From positions 352,001 to 416,000 of the forward strand of contig OY782781.1 of the NCBI GenBank assembly GCA_963678315.1: a stretch of 64,000 nucleotides of DNA, written 5' to 3'. Shown here one piece after another: positions 28,012 through 38,993 of the stretch (positions are counted from its first letter, which is position 1; each line of letters begins with the position of its first letter). The position numbers were made by a program, and so were the translations under genes. The notes below the pieces were generated by a model that was given only the letters and a program-made list of their open reading frames with translations, was not told the origin of the DNA and made no database searches. The stretch is from Candidatus Cloacimonadales bacterium (GTDB lineage Bacteria > Cloacimonadota > Cloacimonadia > Cloacimonadales > JAFGVF01).

Positions 28012-28827
28012 TTATTCTTCGTCTTTATTTTCTGTTTTGGTAACTTCCGTAGTTTCTTCAACCTTTGCTTCTGCAGGAGCTTCTTCAACAGCTTCTGATT
28101 CTTCAGTTTGTTCAGGAAGTTCATTTGATACATTGCCTTCTTCTAAGATATTTCTACCTTCGATTACAGCATTAGCCATTACATCAGCAATTAAGCTAAT
28201 AGCTCTAATAGCATCATCATTAGAAGGAATCACATAATCAATTAAATCAGGATCACAGTTTGTATCAACCATACCAATTAATGGGATACCTAATTTTTTT
28301 GCTTCATGAATAGCGATAGCTTCTTGTTTTGTATCAACGATAAAAATAGCACCAGGTGTTCTTTCTAAATCTCTGATACCACCAAGTCCCATTTCAATTT
28401 TATCATGTTTTCTCTTCATACGAAGAGCTTCTAATTTAGTATAATTTGCAATAGAACCGTCTTCAGTAATCGCTTCAAAGTGTTTCATCTTTTCAATAGA
28501 TTGACGGATAGTTCTCATATTGGTAAGCATTCCGCCGTACCAACGATTATTTACATAAAATACTTCAGCTTTATTAGCAGCATCTTTAATAGCATCAACT
28601 GCTTGTTTCTTAGTTCCTACGAAGAGAATATCTTCTCCACGGCTTGCAACGTCTTTTAGGAACTGGTAAGCTTCATTTATAGCATCAACGGTTTGTTTTA
28701 AATCTAATATATGAATACCGTTTCTTTTGATGAAGATATATTTCTTCATCTTAGGGTTCCATTTATGAGTCTGGTGACCGAAGTGAACACCAGCTTCAAG
28801 TAGTTGTTTCATAGTTACAACTGACAT
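28012..28827 (-). CDS. rpsB: 30S ribosomal protein S2
   Basis: 'LLEAGVHFGH', 'VGTKKQA', 'RWYGGMLTN', 'DTNCDP...NDDAIR'. Confidence 0.98.
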   Translation of the reverse strand: MSVVTMKQLLEAGVHFGHQTHKWNPKMKKYIFIKRNGIHILDLKQTVDAINEAYQFLKDVASRGEDILFVGTKKQAVDAIKDAANKAEVFYVNNRWYGGMLTNMRTIRQSIEKMKHFEAITEDGSIANYTKLEALRMKRKHDKIEMGLGGIRDLERTPGAIFIVDTKQEAIAIHEAKKLGIPLIGMVDTNCDPDLIDYVIPSNDDAIRAISLIADVMANAVIEGRNILEEGNVSNELPEQTEESEAVEEAPAEAKVEETTEVTKTENKDEE

Positions 28828-28834
28828 TTTAAAT

Positions 28835-28930
28835 TACTCCTGTTATTACGGTTAATTTTCTGCTCACGATTTACGCAATCCAGTCTTGAAATCAAGACAC
28901 CGCCTTGCAACTCAATAAGCAGGTTTCTGT
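28835..28930 (-). promoter_or_regulatory. Putative rpsB (S2) autoregulatory leader RNA
   Basis: On the minus strand, a CTGCTTA.../...TGAGCAG outer stem, GCAA/TTGC, an unpaired GGTG and a GTCTTGA-TT-TCAAGAC hairpin precede the SD, as in S2 leaders. Confidence 0.6.
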
Positions 28931-28952
28931 ATTAATCGAATAAATAAATCGA

Positions 28953-29339
28953 TTAACGTTTTGAGAATTGGAATCTTTTTCTTGCTTTAGGACGACCTGG
29001 TTTCTTACGTTCAACCATACGAGGGTCACGAGTAAGAAGGCCTTTCTTCTTAAGATCAGATTTTAAAGATTCATCATAAATAACTAACGCTCTAGAAACA
29101 CCATGTCTGATAGCACCAGCTTGACCTGATAATCCACCACCACAAACGTTAACTCTTAAGTCAAGTTTGTCTGATAGACCTGAAATTTCGAAAGGTTGTT
29201 CAACAACCATTTCAAGAACTTCTCTTTGAAGGTAATCTTTCATAAGTTTACCATTGATAATTCTTTTTCCAGTTCCTGGTGTTAATCTAACACGTGCTAC
29301 AGCATTTTTTCTTCTACCTGTTGCGTCGAAATACTGCAT
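28953..29339 (-). CDS. rpsI: 30S ribosomal protein S9
   Basis: '[11 protein letters not shown]', '[14 protein letters not shown]', 'QFSKR'. Confidence 0.98.
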   Translation of the reverse strand: MQYFDATGRRKNAVARVRLTPGTGKRIINGKLMKDYLQREVLEMVVEQPFEISGLSDKLDLRVNVCGGGLSGQAGAIRHGVSRALVIYDESLKSDLKKKGLLTRDPRMVERKKPGRPKARKRFQFSKR

Positions 29340-29352
29340 TTACTCTCCTAAA

Positions 29353-29775
29353 CTATAAAGTTTTTGGTTGTTGTGCTGCATGAGGGTGTTCCGCTCCTGC
29401 ATACACTTTAAGCTTTTTAAACATTTGTCTGCCAAGGGTGTTTTTTGGTAACATACCTTTAACAGCACTTCTAATAATTTCTTCTGGTTTTGAAGATAAC
29501 ATTCTTTTGAAAGAAGTTTCTTTTAAACCACTTGGATAGCCACTATAGTTCTGGTAAACTTTAGAATCTGCCTTAGTACCAGTAACTCCAACTTTCTCTG
29601 CATTAATAACAACCACAAAATCGCCACAATCAATGTTTGGCACAAAATATGGTTTGTTTTTACCGCGGAGAATGGAAGCTATTTTAGTAGCAACACGACC
29701 TAATGTTTGACCTTCTGCGTCAATAACATACCAATCCCTGCGGATATCTTCCGGTTTGGGAGTTAAAGTCTTCAT
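29353..29775 (-). CDS. rplM: 50S ribosomal protein L13
   Basis: 'WYVIDA...LGR', '[11 protein letters not shown]', 'GMLPKN.LGR', 'HPHAAQQP'. Confidence 0.98.
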   Translation of the reverse strand: MKTLTPKPEDIRRDWYVIDAEGQTLGRVATKIASILRGKNKPYFVPNIDCGDFVVVINAEKVGVTGTKADSKVYQNYSGYPSGLKETSFKRMLSSKPEEIIRSAVKGMLPKNTLGRQMFKKLKVYAGAEHPHAAQQPKTL

Positions 29776-29824
29776 CCTTTCTCCTTTAATAAATTTAACT
29801 AACTTAGTTAATTATATATATTAT

Positions 29825-29889
29825 CAGAGGTTTACGTTTAAAAACCTCTGTAGCGTAACAAAATATTTTCTAATAGACAGTTATGTCAA
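29825..29889 (-). promoter_or_regulatory. rplM promoter and 5' leader hairpin
   Basis: Minus-strand TTGACA (29889-29884), 18 nt, TATTTT; then the hairpin CAGAGGTTT...AAACCTCTG (29825-29850) in the leader. Confidence 0.45.
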
Positions 29890-29925
29890 GAAATATAATT
29901 GCTATCTTAATATATTTTATGATGT

Positions 29926-30807
29926 TTATAGAATTTTTATTTGGTTAGAATCCTCCATTTCATCATAAACAAGCTGTCTTTTTTTACTCTGTCTATACCA
30001 GCCAATGAGAATAATAACAGGGAGTACCATCCATAGAACAGATACTATTGCATAGATAATATTTAGATAAACTCCTCGGGTAAATTTCTTTTCGAATTTC
30101 TGGTAAAACATCTTTTTAGTCATATTAAAACTGCTTGTAAAAACTATATTAAAATTACCTTTTTTATTAAACATTTTACTCAGTCCATTAGGATATTCTT
30201 TATGAAGAAAACGAACAGCTTGAGCAGACTTTGCATAGAAAGAACTAAGATTTAAAGAGTTAACAGGATAATTATTTTCCATTTTATCAAGCCTTTTAAC
30301 ATCATTTGTAAGATAATCTATTCCCAGATTCAAAGCCATTTGTGTAGAATACTGTTGTGAAAAATACACAGCCATACCTTCATGGAACCAAAGGGGTACT
30401 TTGTCTAGAGAATCGTCTATAAAAGCGTGAATATATTCATGAAGCAATATAGTATAGAATTCATTTCTATTGTCAACATCAAAATAGCTTTTTATAAAAA
30501 TCTTCTTCGATCCGCTATCATAAAAGGCATTACTATATTCAGTTATTCCACCAAAGCTATTAGTAATATTTTTGAAGTCATTTTTGTCATGACTTAAATA
30601 GATTTTTGCTATAAAATCTGGATAAGCTCCAATAGTCATCTGAAAATCATCAATCATAGGAGGAAGTACAGAGATAATTTCCTTGGCAAACTTGCTATCA
30701 GATTCTTGGTAGGAAATCTCAATTCTATCTTGTTTAAGAAGGACTCTTTCAGCAGAAATCCAGCTAAACAGGCATAGAAATAGAGCTATAAAGAGTTTAC
30801 TCTTCAA
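29926..30807 (-). CDS. Peptidase MA-like (gluzincin) membrane-anchored protein
   Basis: Signal peptide, 'HEYIH' plus 'PLWFHEGMA', C-terminal TM. Confidence 0.8.
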   Translation of the reverse strand: MKSKLFIALFLCLFSWISAERVLLKQDRIEISYQESDSKFAKEIISVLPPMIDDFQMTIGAYPDFIAKIYLSHDKNDFKNITNSFGGITEYSNAFYDSGSKKIFIKSYFDVDNRNEFYTILLHEYIHAFIDDSLDKVPLWFHEGMAVYFSQQYSTQMALNLGIDYLTNDVKRLDKMENNYPVNSLNLSSFYAKSAQAVRFLHKEYPNGLSKMFNKKGNFNIVFTSSFNMTKKMFYQKFEKKFTRGVYLNIIYAIVSVLWMVLPVIILIGWYRQSKKRQLVYDEMEDSNQIKIL

Positions 30808-31705
30808 GTTTTTTACCTAAAGTAGCGATATAAATAACAAATTCATTTTCTCCATCAAGGTTAAGATACTTGTTCATGAATTCATCCATGTAAGCACCTA
30901 TAGCACAAACACCACAATCTATTGATTCGCCTGCTAAATATAAGTTTTGGCAAACATGCCCAATATCTAAATAGAGATATCTGTAAGCTCTTTGTTGGTA
31001 TCTCCATACTGTTCTATAAGGAATAGCTGACCAGATAAAATTAACTGCACAATTCAATACCATATCCTGTCTATGGCAAGCAATCCAAATTGATTCAATC
31101 AGTTCTTCACTCAGATCAATTATAACTAAAGAATGTTCTCTTGCATCATAGAAGTACAAGCCAGGGGTTAAACCTTCAACCTTATTTATAAGGAGATATG
31201 TCTCAAATGGGTGCCTAGCACCAGCAGAAGGGACTGTTCTCAAGGTGACAGATACTTTCTTAGTCTCTTTGATTGTTTTAACGCCTTGAGTTAACCAAAG
31301 CAGATATGACAGTTCTTCTAAGGTTAATTCTTTATCAGAATAAGATCTAACAGAAGTCCTTTCTTCTATAACTTGTCTTAGATTATTATTTTTAATATTT
31401 ACGTCTTCATGACTTGGTAGTTTTATCTTATCACCTGCAAAGCTTTTTAAGACACTTGGCTTAGCTTTTCCATTCATTTGGTCGGAAACACCATGATACA
31501 AGTAAGATGTTAAGTCTACAAAATCCTTGCCTATACTTTTTGCTTTCATCTTATCATGATCGACCTGTTCGATATCCTGATGATATTTTTCTACTATTTC
31601 ATCGTATTCATCATTTGTAACTTCAAGCTCATTTTGAATAACTTCGTCTTTATAACCACTTGATTTCATCTTCAAGTAAAAGAACTTTTTCCTTATTTTA
31701 TCCAT
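30797..31705 (-). CDS. SagB/ThcOx-family nitroreductase-like protein
   Basis: 'R.SVR.Y', 'LSYLLW..QG', 'RTVPSAGARHPFETY', 'GHVCQNLYL', 'CAIGA'. Confidence 0.9.
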   Translation of the reverse strand: MDKIRKKFFYLKMKSSGYKDEVIQNELEVTNDEYDEIVEKYHQDIEQVDHDKMKAKSIGKDFVDLTSYLYHGVSDQMNGKAKPSVLKSFAGDKIKLPSHEDVNIKNNNLRQVIEERTSVRSYSDKELTLEELSYLLWLTQGVKTIKETKKVSVTLRTVPSAGARHPFETYLLINKVEGLTPGLYFYDAREHSLVIIDLSEELIESIWIACHRQDMVLNCAVNFIWSAIPYRTVWRYQQRAYRYLYLDIGHVCQNLYLAGESIDCGVCAIGAYMDEFMNKYLNLDGENEFVIYIATLGKKLEE

Positions 31706-31800
31706 ACTAACTCCATTTTAACAATTTCTAGACCAAAGGAGACTGTCCCCTCATATATACTATGGGCACAATCTCCTTAAATTAGGCACACTTTTCAATT

Positions 31801-33090
31801 TTATTTCAATAACATTACTTTTCCGATAATTCCTTTTGAGTTATCATACTTGATAAAGTAGATACCATTTGCAACTTTTTCACCATTAAAGCCTGATCCA
31901 TTCCACACAAAATCTCCATTTGTATCTTTGCTTTTAGAGTTTAAAATAGTTACCAACTGACCTTTCATATTATATACTTTGATTCTATCTGGAGTAGATT
32001 TATTATCATTCTTCACTCTTAGCTTGATTTCACTTTGGAAAGGATTTGGGTATGCTGCAATGTATGCATTATTCATTTGTTCAACATCATTATTTGCATT
32101 AGGTACAGATAGTAATGTAATCAATACTTCTACATCTTCCCCATCAACAGTCACTTCTTGACTCCATGGATTACATGAAGCACAATAGGCAAACAGGTTA
32201 TAAGTACCATTCTCTACAGGAATAGAAAATTCATTATTTTCGTCTGGGAATGTTGTATAAACAATTTCATTTCCTTGAGTTAATGTTATAAGGATTTCTT
32301 CATCCATTATATTATCTGCTATTTCAACACTACCATTTATGTATGCATCTGGCTCAACATAATGGAAATTAATATCTTCAACATGTCCATTAACTTCAAC
32401 TATTTGAGGGTCTGGAGCAATGTGTGATCCTTCAAAGTCTAAGAGAGACATAGACATTAAAGCACAATTTACATTTTCTATTTGATCAGGAATATTTATT
32501 TGATAGGAACCTGTAAATGAGTTCAATTCCATAATTAGATAATGGTCGTTAAGAAAGACAAAGAAATCATCTAATTCTGAGAAGTTCTGTAAATTCTCAA
32601 AATCTACTAATTCTGCATTATACAATGACATTACTATTGCAGGATAAACAGGCATATCAAAGCCCCATGACCCTGGCTGAGTTACACTACCTGAGATAGA
32701 ATAACTAGTATCAAGTGATTGGAAGCTTATAGTTGCAGAATCCTCTACCCCATTGTCTTCGACAGTTATAACCAATGGTAAACCACTAGGAGGTTGGATT
32801 GAAGCAGTTATTGTCATGATAAAAAGTCCATCAATCCCTGTCTCATCCATTGAACCACCATCAACCAGAGAACCATCGGGTAAACCTATATCAGGCAAAT
32901 CAACTAATGGAACATCCACACTAAATTTCATGTCTGCTGAGTTTCCGGCTTCTTCGAAAGAAAACTCTATTAACAAGTCATCACCTAAGCTTACACTTGC
33001 TTGTTGACTACCATTTATCGTTAGGTCATGAGCGCTAAATAATAAAGTAAAACTTATAACTAGTATTAAAAATATTACACTTTTCTTCAT
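31801..33090 (-). CDS. Secreted protein with T9SS-type/FlgD-Ig C-terminal domain
   Basis: Signal peptide; acidic beta-rich body; 'YPNPF...VYNMKGQLV...WNG...GIYFI'. Confidence 0.8.
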   Translation of the reverse strand: MKKSVIFLILVISFTLLFSAHDLTINGSQQASVSLGDDLLIEFSFEEAGNSADMKFSVDVPLVDLPDIGLPDGSLVDGGSMDETGIDGLFIMTITASIQPPSGLPLVITVEDNGVEDSATISFQSLDTSYSISGSVTQPGSWGFDMPVYPAIVMSLYNAELVDFENLQNFSELDDFFVFLNDHYLIMELNSFTGSYQINIPDQIENVNCALMSMSLLDFEGSHIAPDPQIVEVNGHVEDINFHYVEPDAYINGSVEIADNIMDEEILITLTQGNEIVYTTFPDENNEFSIPVENGTYNLFAYCASCNPWSQEVTVDGEDVEVLITLLSVPNANNDVEQMNNAYIAAYPNPFQSEIKLRVKNDNKSTPDRIKVYNMKGQLVTILNSKSKDTNGDFVWNGSGFNGEKVANGIYFIKYDNSKGIIGKVMLLK

Positions 33091-35390
33091 AAAATCTCCT
33101 TGGGTTTATCTTGATTATTTGTATTATTCTCTGCAAAATTGTTATCTTTAAAATCTAAGAAGAAAAAGAAGGTTGTTCCATTTCCTAACTCAGAGCTCAA
33201 CCATATATTTCCTCCCATCTCAGCAATATAGCTTTTACATATTGCTAGCCCTAGTCCAACTCCTTCCCCTTGATGATTAGAAATATAATTATCTGTAACC
33301 TTGTATTTTTCAAAAATAGAATCCTTGAATTCATCAGTAATACCACAACCAGAATCTCTTACATAGAAAATTACTTCATTATTGTTTGGACTAGTATAGC
33401 CAAACTCTATCTTTCCGTGCTCAGTAAATTTACAAGCATTATAAATTAGTTCATTTAAAACAAACACAAATTTATCTCTATCATTATAAATCTCATCATA
33501 GCCATCAGAGATCGATGTAAGAAGCTCAATCTTGAGGTTTGGTTTATATTCCTGTAAGAAGTCTTTATTCTTTTCAAGAACATATCTTAAAGTCTTATTA
33601 ATACTAAAAGTAGTCATTTTTCTTTGGTTACTTCCGAACTCAATGTTAGAGAAAATTAGAACTTTCTCCATTATATCAATTACATTTTTTGAACTTTTTT
33701 GAATTGCTTCAGCATACTCTGATTTATCATCTACATCAAATCCTTTGTCTAAAATAAGTTTATTGAGACCACTGATTACATTAATAGGATTTCTAATTTC
33801 TCTAGTTAAGTTATAAAACAAAGATTTCAACATTTTTTCTTGAGTAATTAGTTCTGTTAATTTTTGTTTGTTGTCAAATCCTGTTTGATTTATTTTATCA
33901 TAGAAATTAAATAAGACATAACAATAGTTCTTTTTATGGAAAGTAAAACAAACTGTTTTCGAAATAACTTGCGGTTTATATTCTAAGAAATCTAATTTAA
34001 ATAATAAGTAGCCCGGATCTGCAGCATTCAAATTCTTTTCGATACTTTTGAAGAAATTCTCACCAAAAAGTTCTATTGCTGAAACCCCAGATTCTGAATT
34101 TATTATATCTCTTGGCATAAAATCACTGTTAACAAGTACATCGTTAAACTCAATCACGTTCCCAGTATCCCTATCTATTAAAACAGCAAATTCTCCTAAG
34201 CTATTGTATAGAAAACCATAATGAGTCTTATAATATACTAAGTCTTTTTCTAATTTAATTACTTTCTTTGAATTTTTAATAAAAATGACTATAAAAACTA
34301 TTATAAAAATCAGAACAATACTATTAATCCATATTGCATATTCTTTTATCCTATCAATAGGTGTTCTTTTATTGACATATATAATTTCATCTTCAACATT
34401 ATTGAAATCTAAATTATAGATTTCAGCTGACTGATAGTCTATTTTTAACTTATATGGATTGTCTAGTCTGAATCTCTTATTAGTAAAACGAGTGCCATCA
34501 ATAACCATTACAAGTTTTCTTGATAAATCGAGACTTAATTTTTTAAAATCTATTGTATAGCCTCCAACAATACCACTAGCATTACTATCTTCCATTATAT
34601 GATAAACAGGACATTGTGCATCTTTTATTATCATTTCAGTAATAGCATCAATGTTTGACACCTGCCCATGATTATCTAAATAGCTATTAATAACTAAGAA
34701 AGCATCCTTACTACTAGTCTTCCCTGAAAAATGAGATATGTCATTAAAGCTCATCATGCTTAAGTCAACATATACAACCTTATCTTTATCCCATAAAGAA
34801 GTTTCATCTATAAAGTCACTGAATTTATTCTTAGATAATTTACCTCTATTAGTCCCACTAGTTACAATATATAGTTTATCAGTTTCTGTTTGTATATTCT
34901 TAATCAGTGTTAATTGTTTTTCAAAAGGAAATTTTATCCTATAGCCAGGGTACTTTCTTTCCATTTTGTCGTCAGTTTCTTGATACAAATCCCCAAAATC
35001 TAGATAAATTATTGGTATTCCCTCAAAAATAGTTTGAGAATAATCTTCACACAACTCCATTGCGATTCTATCAACAGCAACAATTGCATTAAATTTTTTA
35101 TAGAAAGGTGAATTAAATTTTTCTTTTAGAATAGCTAATATTCTTGATTTTTCATTTTGATTTAGAGCAGGTGGAATATTTAAATGTTCTGGTATTAAGT
35201 TAATATTCTTGCTATTGAGTTCTTGCCGTAAACTTTCAAATAATGCTCTATTTATCTTTTGATTCTGTGATTTAGAAAAGAGAATTAAAACACTCTCCCC
35301 ACTAAAATTGCTTGTGGAGTGTAGGTGCCTTAAAGGTAAAATCACCCCTAATAAACATACGATAACTAACATTATTTTTAATTTGTTCAA
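33087..35390 (-). CDS. Membrane sensor histidine kinase-like protein (H-box His replaced by Arg)
   Basis: Periplasmic binding-protein-like sensor, TM, DHp 'NLTREIRNPIN', HATPase boxes 'NACKFT', 'DSGCGI', 'GVGLGL'. Confidence 0.85.
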   Translation of the reverse strand: MNKLKIMLVIVCLLGVILPLRHLHSTSNFSGESVLILFSKSQNQKINRALFESLRQELNSKNINLIPEHLNIPPALNQNEKSRILAILKEKFNSPFYKKFNAIVAVDRIAMELCEDYSQTIFEGIPIIYLDFGDLYQETDDKMERKYPGYRIKFPFEKQLTLIKNIQTETDKLYIVTSGTNRGKLSKNKFSDFIDETSLWDKDKVVYVDLSMMSFNDISHFSGKTSSKDAFLVINSYLDNHGQVSNIDAITEMIIKDAQCPVYHIMEDSNASGIVGGYTIDFKKLSLDLSRKLVMVIDGTRFTNKRFRLDNPYKLKIDYQSAEIYNLDFNNVEDEIIYVNKRTPIDRIKEYAIWINSIVLIFIIVFIVIFIKNSKKVIKLEKDLVYYKTHYGFLYNSLGEFAVLIDRDTGNVIEFNDVLVNSDFMPRDIINSESGVSAIELFGENFFKSIEKNLNAADPGYLLFKLDFLEYKPQVISKTVCFTFHKKNYCYVLFNFYDKINQTGFDNKQKLTELITQEKMLKSLFYNLTREIRNPINVISGLNKLILDKGFDVDDKSEYAEAIQKSSKNVIDIMEKVLIFSNIEFGSNQRKMTTFSINKTLRYVLEKNKDFLQEYKPNLKIELLTSISDGYDEIYNDRDKFVFVLNELIYNACKFTEHGKIEFGYTSPNNNEVIFYVRDSGCGITDEFKDSIFEKYKVTDNYISNHQGEGVGLGLAICKSYIAEMGGNIWLSSELGNGTTFFFFLDFKDNNFAENNTNNQDKPKEIL

Positions 35391-35533
35391 ACCTAACTCC
35401 TATTAATAATTATACAAGTATATTTTATACTACATCTTAAATCATGTAAAGTGTTTTTTAGTTAAAGTTATTTTTATTGACATATTTTACCTTAATAAGA
35501 ATATTTTATCAAAAAAATAATTAGGAGTTGATT

Positions 35534-36457
35534 ATGTCAGTTAAAGTATTAGTCGCTACAGAAAAGCCTTTTGCTCCACAAGCAGTAGAAGGTATCAAAG
35601 AAATATGTGCAAATGCTGATTACCAAGTAGTTTTATTAGAAAAATACACTACAAAAGAAGAACTTTTTGAAGCTGTAAAAGATGTAGATGCAATGATAGT
35701 TAGAAGTGACAAAGTTACTGAAGAAGTTATTGCTAAAGCTGAGAATTTAAAGATAGTTGTAAGAGCTGGTGCAGGTTATGATAATGTTGATTTAAATGCA
35801 TCAACAGCTAAAAACATAACAGTTATGAACACTCCAGGTCAAAATTCAAATGCAGTTGCTGAACTAGCTTTTGGTATGATGTTATACTCTGCAAGAAACA
35901 ACTTCATGCCTAAGGCAGGTACAGAACTTAGAGAAAAGACAATCGGTATTCATGCTTACGGAAATGTTGGTCGTTATGTTGCTAACATTGCTAAAGGCTT
36001 TGGAATGACAGTTAAAGCTTTTGACCCATTCGTTGCTAAAGAAAACATTGAAAAAGATGGTGTTATCGCTGTTGATACTGTAGAAGATTTATATTCTACT
36101 TGTGATTATATTTCTCTTCATATCCCTGCTAATGAAAAAACTAAAGCATCTATCAACTCAGATTTATTCAATATCATGAAAGATAATGCTGTTTTAGTTA
36201 ACACTGCAAGAAAAGAAGTTATTTGTGAGGAATCACTCAAAAAAGCTCTAGCAGAAAAAGCTAACTTTAAATATCTTACAGATATTGCTCCTGTTTGTGA
36301 TGCAGAATTAAAAGAACAATTCGCAGATAAATACTTTGCTACACCTAAGAAAATGGGTGCTCAAACTAAAGAAGCTAACATCAATGCTGGTAAAGCTGCA
36401 GCTAGCCAAATCGTTGCTTTCCTTAAAGATGGAGACACTACTTTTAAAGTAAACTAA
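35534..36457 (+). CDS. serA: D-3-phosphoglycerate dehydrogenase, short form without ACT domain (D-2-hydroxyacid dehydrogenase family)
   Basis: 'VRAGAGYDNVD', 'NTPGQNSNAVAE', 'AYGNVG', 'VNTAR', 'TPKKMGAQT'; ATG at 35534 after AGGAG. Confidence 0.75.
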   Translation: MSVKVLVATEKPFAPQAVEGIKEICANADYQVVLLEKYTTKEELFEAVKDVDAMIVRSDKVTEEVIAKAENLKIVVRAGAGYDNVDLNASTAKNITVMNTPGQNSNAVAELAFGMMLYSARNNFMPKAGTELREKTIGIHAYGNVGRYVANIAKGFGMTVKAFDPFVAKENIEKDGVIAVDTVEDLYSTCDYISLHIPANEKTKASINSDLFNIMKDNAVLVNTARKEVICEESLKKALAEKANFKYLTDIAPVCDAELKEQFADKYFATPKKMGAQTKEANINAGKAAASQIVAFLKDGDTTFKVN

Positions 36458-36477
36458 GCAATACTTATATATATTTC

Positions 36478-36510
36478 AAGCCCACCTTAATTGGTGGGCT
36501 TTTAATTTTT
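36478..36510 (+). terminator. Intrinsic terminator
   Basis: AAGCCCACC-TTAATT-GGTGGGCTT followed by a T-rich tail. Confidence 0.85.
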
Positions 36511-36595
36511 TGCATAGCAATATTTAATTTTTACTTGTATATTAGCATTATATACCTAATTTATTATTATATTTCAAAAACTTAGGAGTTTCTTC

Positions 36596-36940
36596 ATGGA
36601 AGATATGATAAAACATACAGTAACTTACATATCCTATTTTGCCTTTTTTTCAGCTATAGTAGTTATTTCAATTGGAATAATAAGAGCATTTCTTATTTAC
36701 ATAAAGGGTATCTTTATGAAAAACAAATCACGAACTGCAATCCAAGAGAGTAGACTAGAAATCGGCCATTCTTTTTCCTTATGTCTTAGCTTCCTTATTG
36801 GAGCAAGTATTTTAAAGACAACAATAGCTCCAACATGGACAGAGATTGGACAACTTGCATCCATTGTTATGATAAGAACAATCATGAACTATTTCCTAGT
36901 CAGAGATGTTAACAAAATGGAAGAAGTTAAGAAGGACTAG
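36596..36940 (+). CDS. DUF1622-family membrane protein
   Basis: 'RLEIG..FSL.L.FLIGA.IL.T...PTW..IG.LA.IV.IRT..NYFL' matches the family pattern. Confidence 0.85.
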   Translation: MEDMIKHTVTYISYFAFFSAIVVISIGIIRAFLIYIKGIFMKNKSRTAIQESRLEIGHSFSLCLSFLIGASILKTTIAPTWTEIGQLASIVMIRTIMNYFLVRDVNKMEEVKKD

Positions 36941-38595
36941 AGCAGATTTCCTTCAATAATCTCTTTTGCTCTGACCAGACTATCGTCAATATCATGATGA
37001 ATATTTTCAACACCAATTACATCAGTTAGTCCATATTTGGTTAAAATATTTTGGACATGGTCATTTACTCCTGATAGTAATAGCCTTGTACCATCATGCT
37101 TAGAATCAATTTGCAATTCTCTTAGAAGATTTAAACCAGTTGCATCGATTGTAGGAACATTCCTCATTCTAATAATCCTTACATAAGGTTTCTTAGCAAG
37201 GTTTCTAATCGAATCTTTAAAAGTTGTTGCAGCCCCAAAGAAGAAAGGTCCATATACTTCATATACATCTACACCTTTTGGTACTTCCTTTGACTTGATG
37301 TTATTCGGATCTTCCTGTTCATCATGGTCTTCCAATGCACTTGTAATCACATCCACATTGCTGATAGAGGACATTCTTTTCATAAATAAAATTACTGCTA
37401 ATACCATACCTACTTCTATTGCTATAGTCAAATCAAAGAAGACTGTAAGCAAGAAAGTAGTTAGTAACACCATTATATCTGATCTTGGACTTTTTAAAAT
37501 TCTTCTAAATACATGATGTTCACTCATATTATAAGAGACCATAATCAATATTGCAGCTAAAGTTGACAAGGGTATTAATTTTGCCCATTTTCCTAAAAGA
37601 AGCATTATTAACAACAAGGTAACTGCATGAACAAGCCCAGCAATTGGTGTTCTTCCCCCATTTTTAACATTAGTAGCAGTTCTGGCTATTGCTCCAGTAA
37701 CAGGTATCCCCCCAAACAAAGGAGATACAATATTGGCAACACCTTGTCCTATTAATTCCGTATTTGACTTATGCCTTTTCCCTATCATACCATCAGCAAC
37801 AACTGCTGAAAGTAATGCTTCTATTGCAGCAAGAATAGCTATAGTTAAGCCAGGAAGAAGCATTTCTCTAACTAGCTCAAAACTTAACAAAGGTAATTTC
37901 GGACTTGGTATTGTTGAAGGTATCTCTCCAAACTTGGAAGCAATAGTTGGCACATCTAGTTTTAGTAAAGATACTGCCAATGTTGCAACAATTATAGCTA
38001 TAATAGAACCTGGTATTTTCCTTGAAATCTTTGGCCAAAATATGATAATTAGAAGAGATACAAGACCTATTAGAGAAGCTTGCCAATTTATACTAGCAAA
38101 ATTGCTTATATAGCTTGTCCATTTACCTACAAAATCCCCAGGAATGTTAGATATTGTCAAACCAAAGAAATCTTTAATTTGAGTTGAGAATATTACTACT
38201 GCAATTCCCGAAGTAAATCCTACAATCACAGGATGAGGAATATATTTTATTAATGAACCAAATTTAGACAATCCCATTATTATCAAAAACACACCTGCTA
38301 TCAAGGTGGAAACCATTAATCCATTGACCCCATGTTTCTGAACTATGCCCAAGACAATAATAATAAAAGCACCTGTCGGTCCCCCAATCTGAACCCTACT
38401 TCCACCAAGTAACGATACAATAAAACCACCAATTACAGCCGTAATCAATCCTTTATCGGGTGATACTCCTGATGCTATACCAAAAGCAATGCCTAAGGGT
38501 AAAGCAACTATGCCGACTAATATCCCTGAGATAATATCATTTATTAACTGCTTTCTTGTGATAGTCGGTAATATTTCAAATAGCTTAGGCAACAT
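36937..38595 (-). CDS. SulP/SLC26 anion permease with STAS domain
   Basis: '[14 protein letters not shown]', 'QIGGPTGAF', 'GAIARTATN', STAS 'GPFFFGAA...IDATG'. Confidence 0.95.
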   Translation of the reverse strand: MLPKLFEILPTITRKQLINDIISGILVGIVALPLGIAFGIASGVSPDKGLITAVIGGFIVSLLGGSRVQIGGPTGAFIIIVLGIVQKHGVNGLMVSTLIAGVFLIIMGLSKFGSLIKYIPHPVIVGFTSGIAVVIFSTQIKDFFGLTISNIPGDFVGKWTSYISNFASINWQASLIGLVSLLIIIFWPKISRKIPGSIIAIIVATLAVSLLKLDVPTIASKFGEIPSTIPSPKLPLLSFELVREMLLPGLTIAILAAIEALLSAVVADGMIGKRHKSNTELIGQGVANIVSPLFGGIPVTGAIARTATNVKNGGRTPIAGLVHAVTLLLIMLLLGKWAKLIPLSTLAAILIMVSYNMSEHHVFRRILKSPRSDIMVLLTTFLLTVFFDLTIAIEVGMVLAVILFMKRMSSISNVDVITSALEDHDEQEDPNNIKSKEVPKGVDVYEVYGPFFFGAATTFKDSIRNLAKKPYVRIIRMRNVPTIDATGLNLLRELQIDSKHDGTRLLLSGVNDHVQNILTKYGLTDVIGVENIHHDIDDSLVRAKEIIEGNLL

Positions 38596-38770
38596 AACTA
38601 TGCCCCTTTAAACACTGAATTATAACAATTAGTTTCATCTATACTCCTATACTTAATACATTTCATTAAATTATTCTTTGAATGATGTCGGAATAGTTTT
38701 TTGTATTTTATTGTCAATACCTATTGAGAAAAATGTTGTCTTTTTCATAATTTTCTCCCCTCCAACACTT

Positions 38771-38955
38771 CACCCTTACTTGCCTCCTTGAAAAAAAGCC
38801 GATTTTTCAATGAGGCACTTAAGTTAGGAGTTAGAAGTGAGGAGTGAGTGAGTTGGGAGTTGGAACAGGACATACTGGGAACGCCAGCCTCCGAGCTGGC
38901 TTCACTTAGAACCTAGTGATAAGTGAATTTGTAGAGACGTTTGGAAAAACTTCTC
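38771..38955 (-). repeat. Dispersed mosaic REP-like element, copy B (inverted)
   Basis: The reverse complement aligns with about 21630-21803 module by module. Confidence 0.88.
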
Positions 38956-38993
38956 AATCGCAAGCTGGAAGCTTGCAACACTCTTTTAGGAGT

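Noticed and set aside
29926..31705. RiPP (azole) cluster from the SagB-like gene plus peptidase
   Set aside because: No YcaO, E1-like protein, precursor peptide or transporter nearby; stand-alone SagB-like nitroreductases are common in anaerobes.
38671..38748. 25-codon minus-strand ORF with an SD upstream of sulP
   Set aside because: No recognisable features, and it overlaps a TTGACA promoter-like site; it cannot be supported as a gene.
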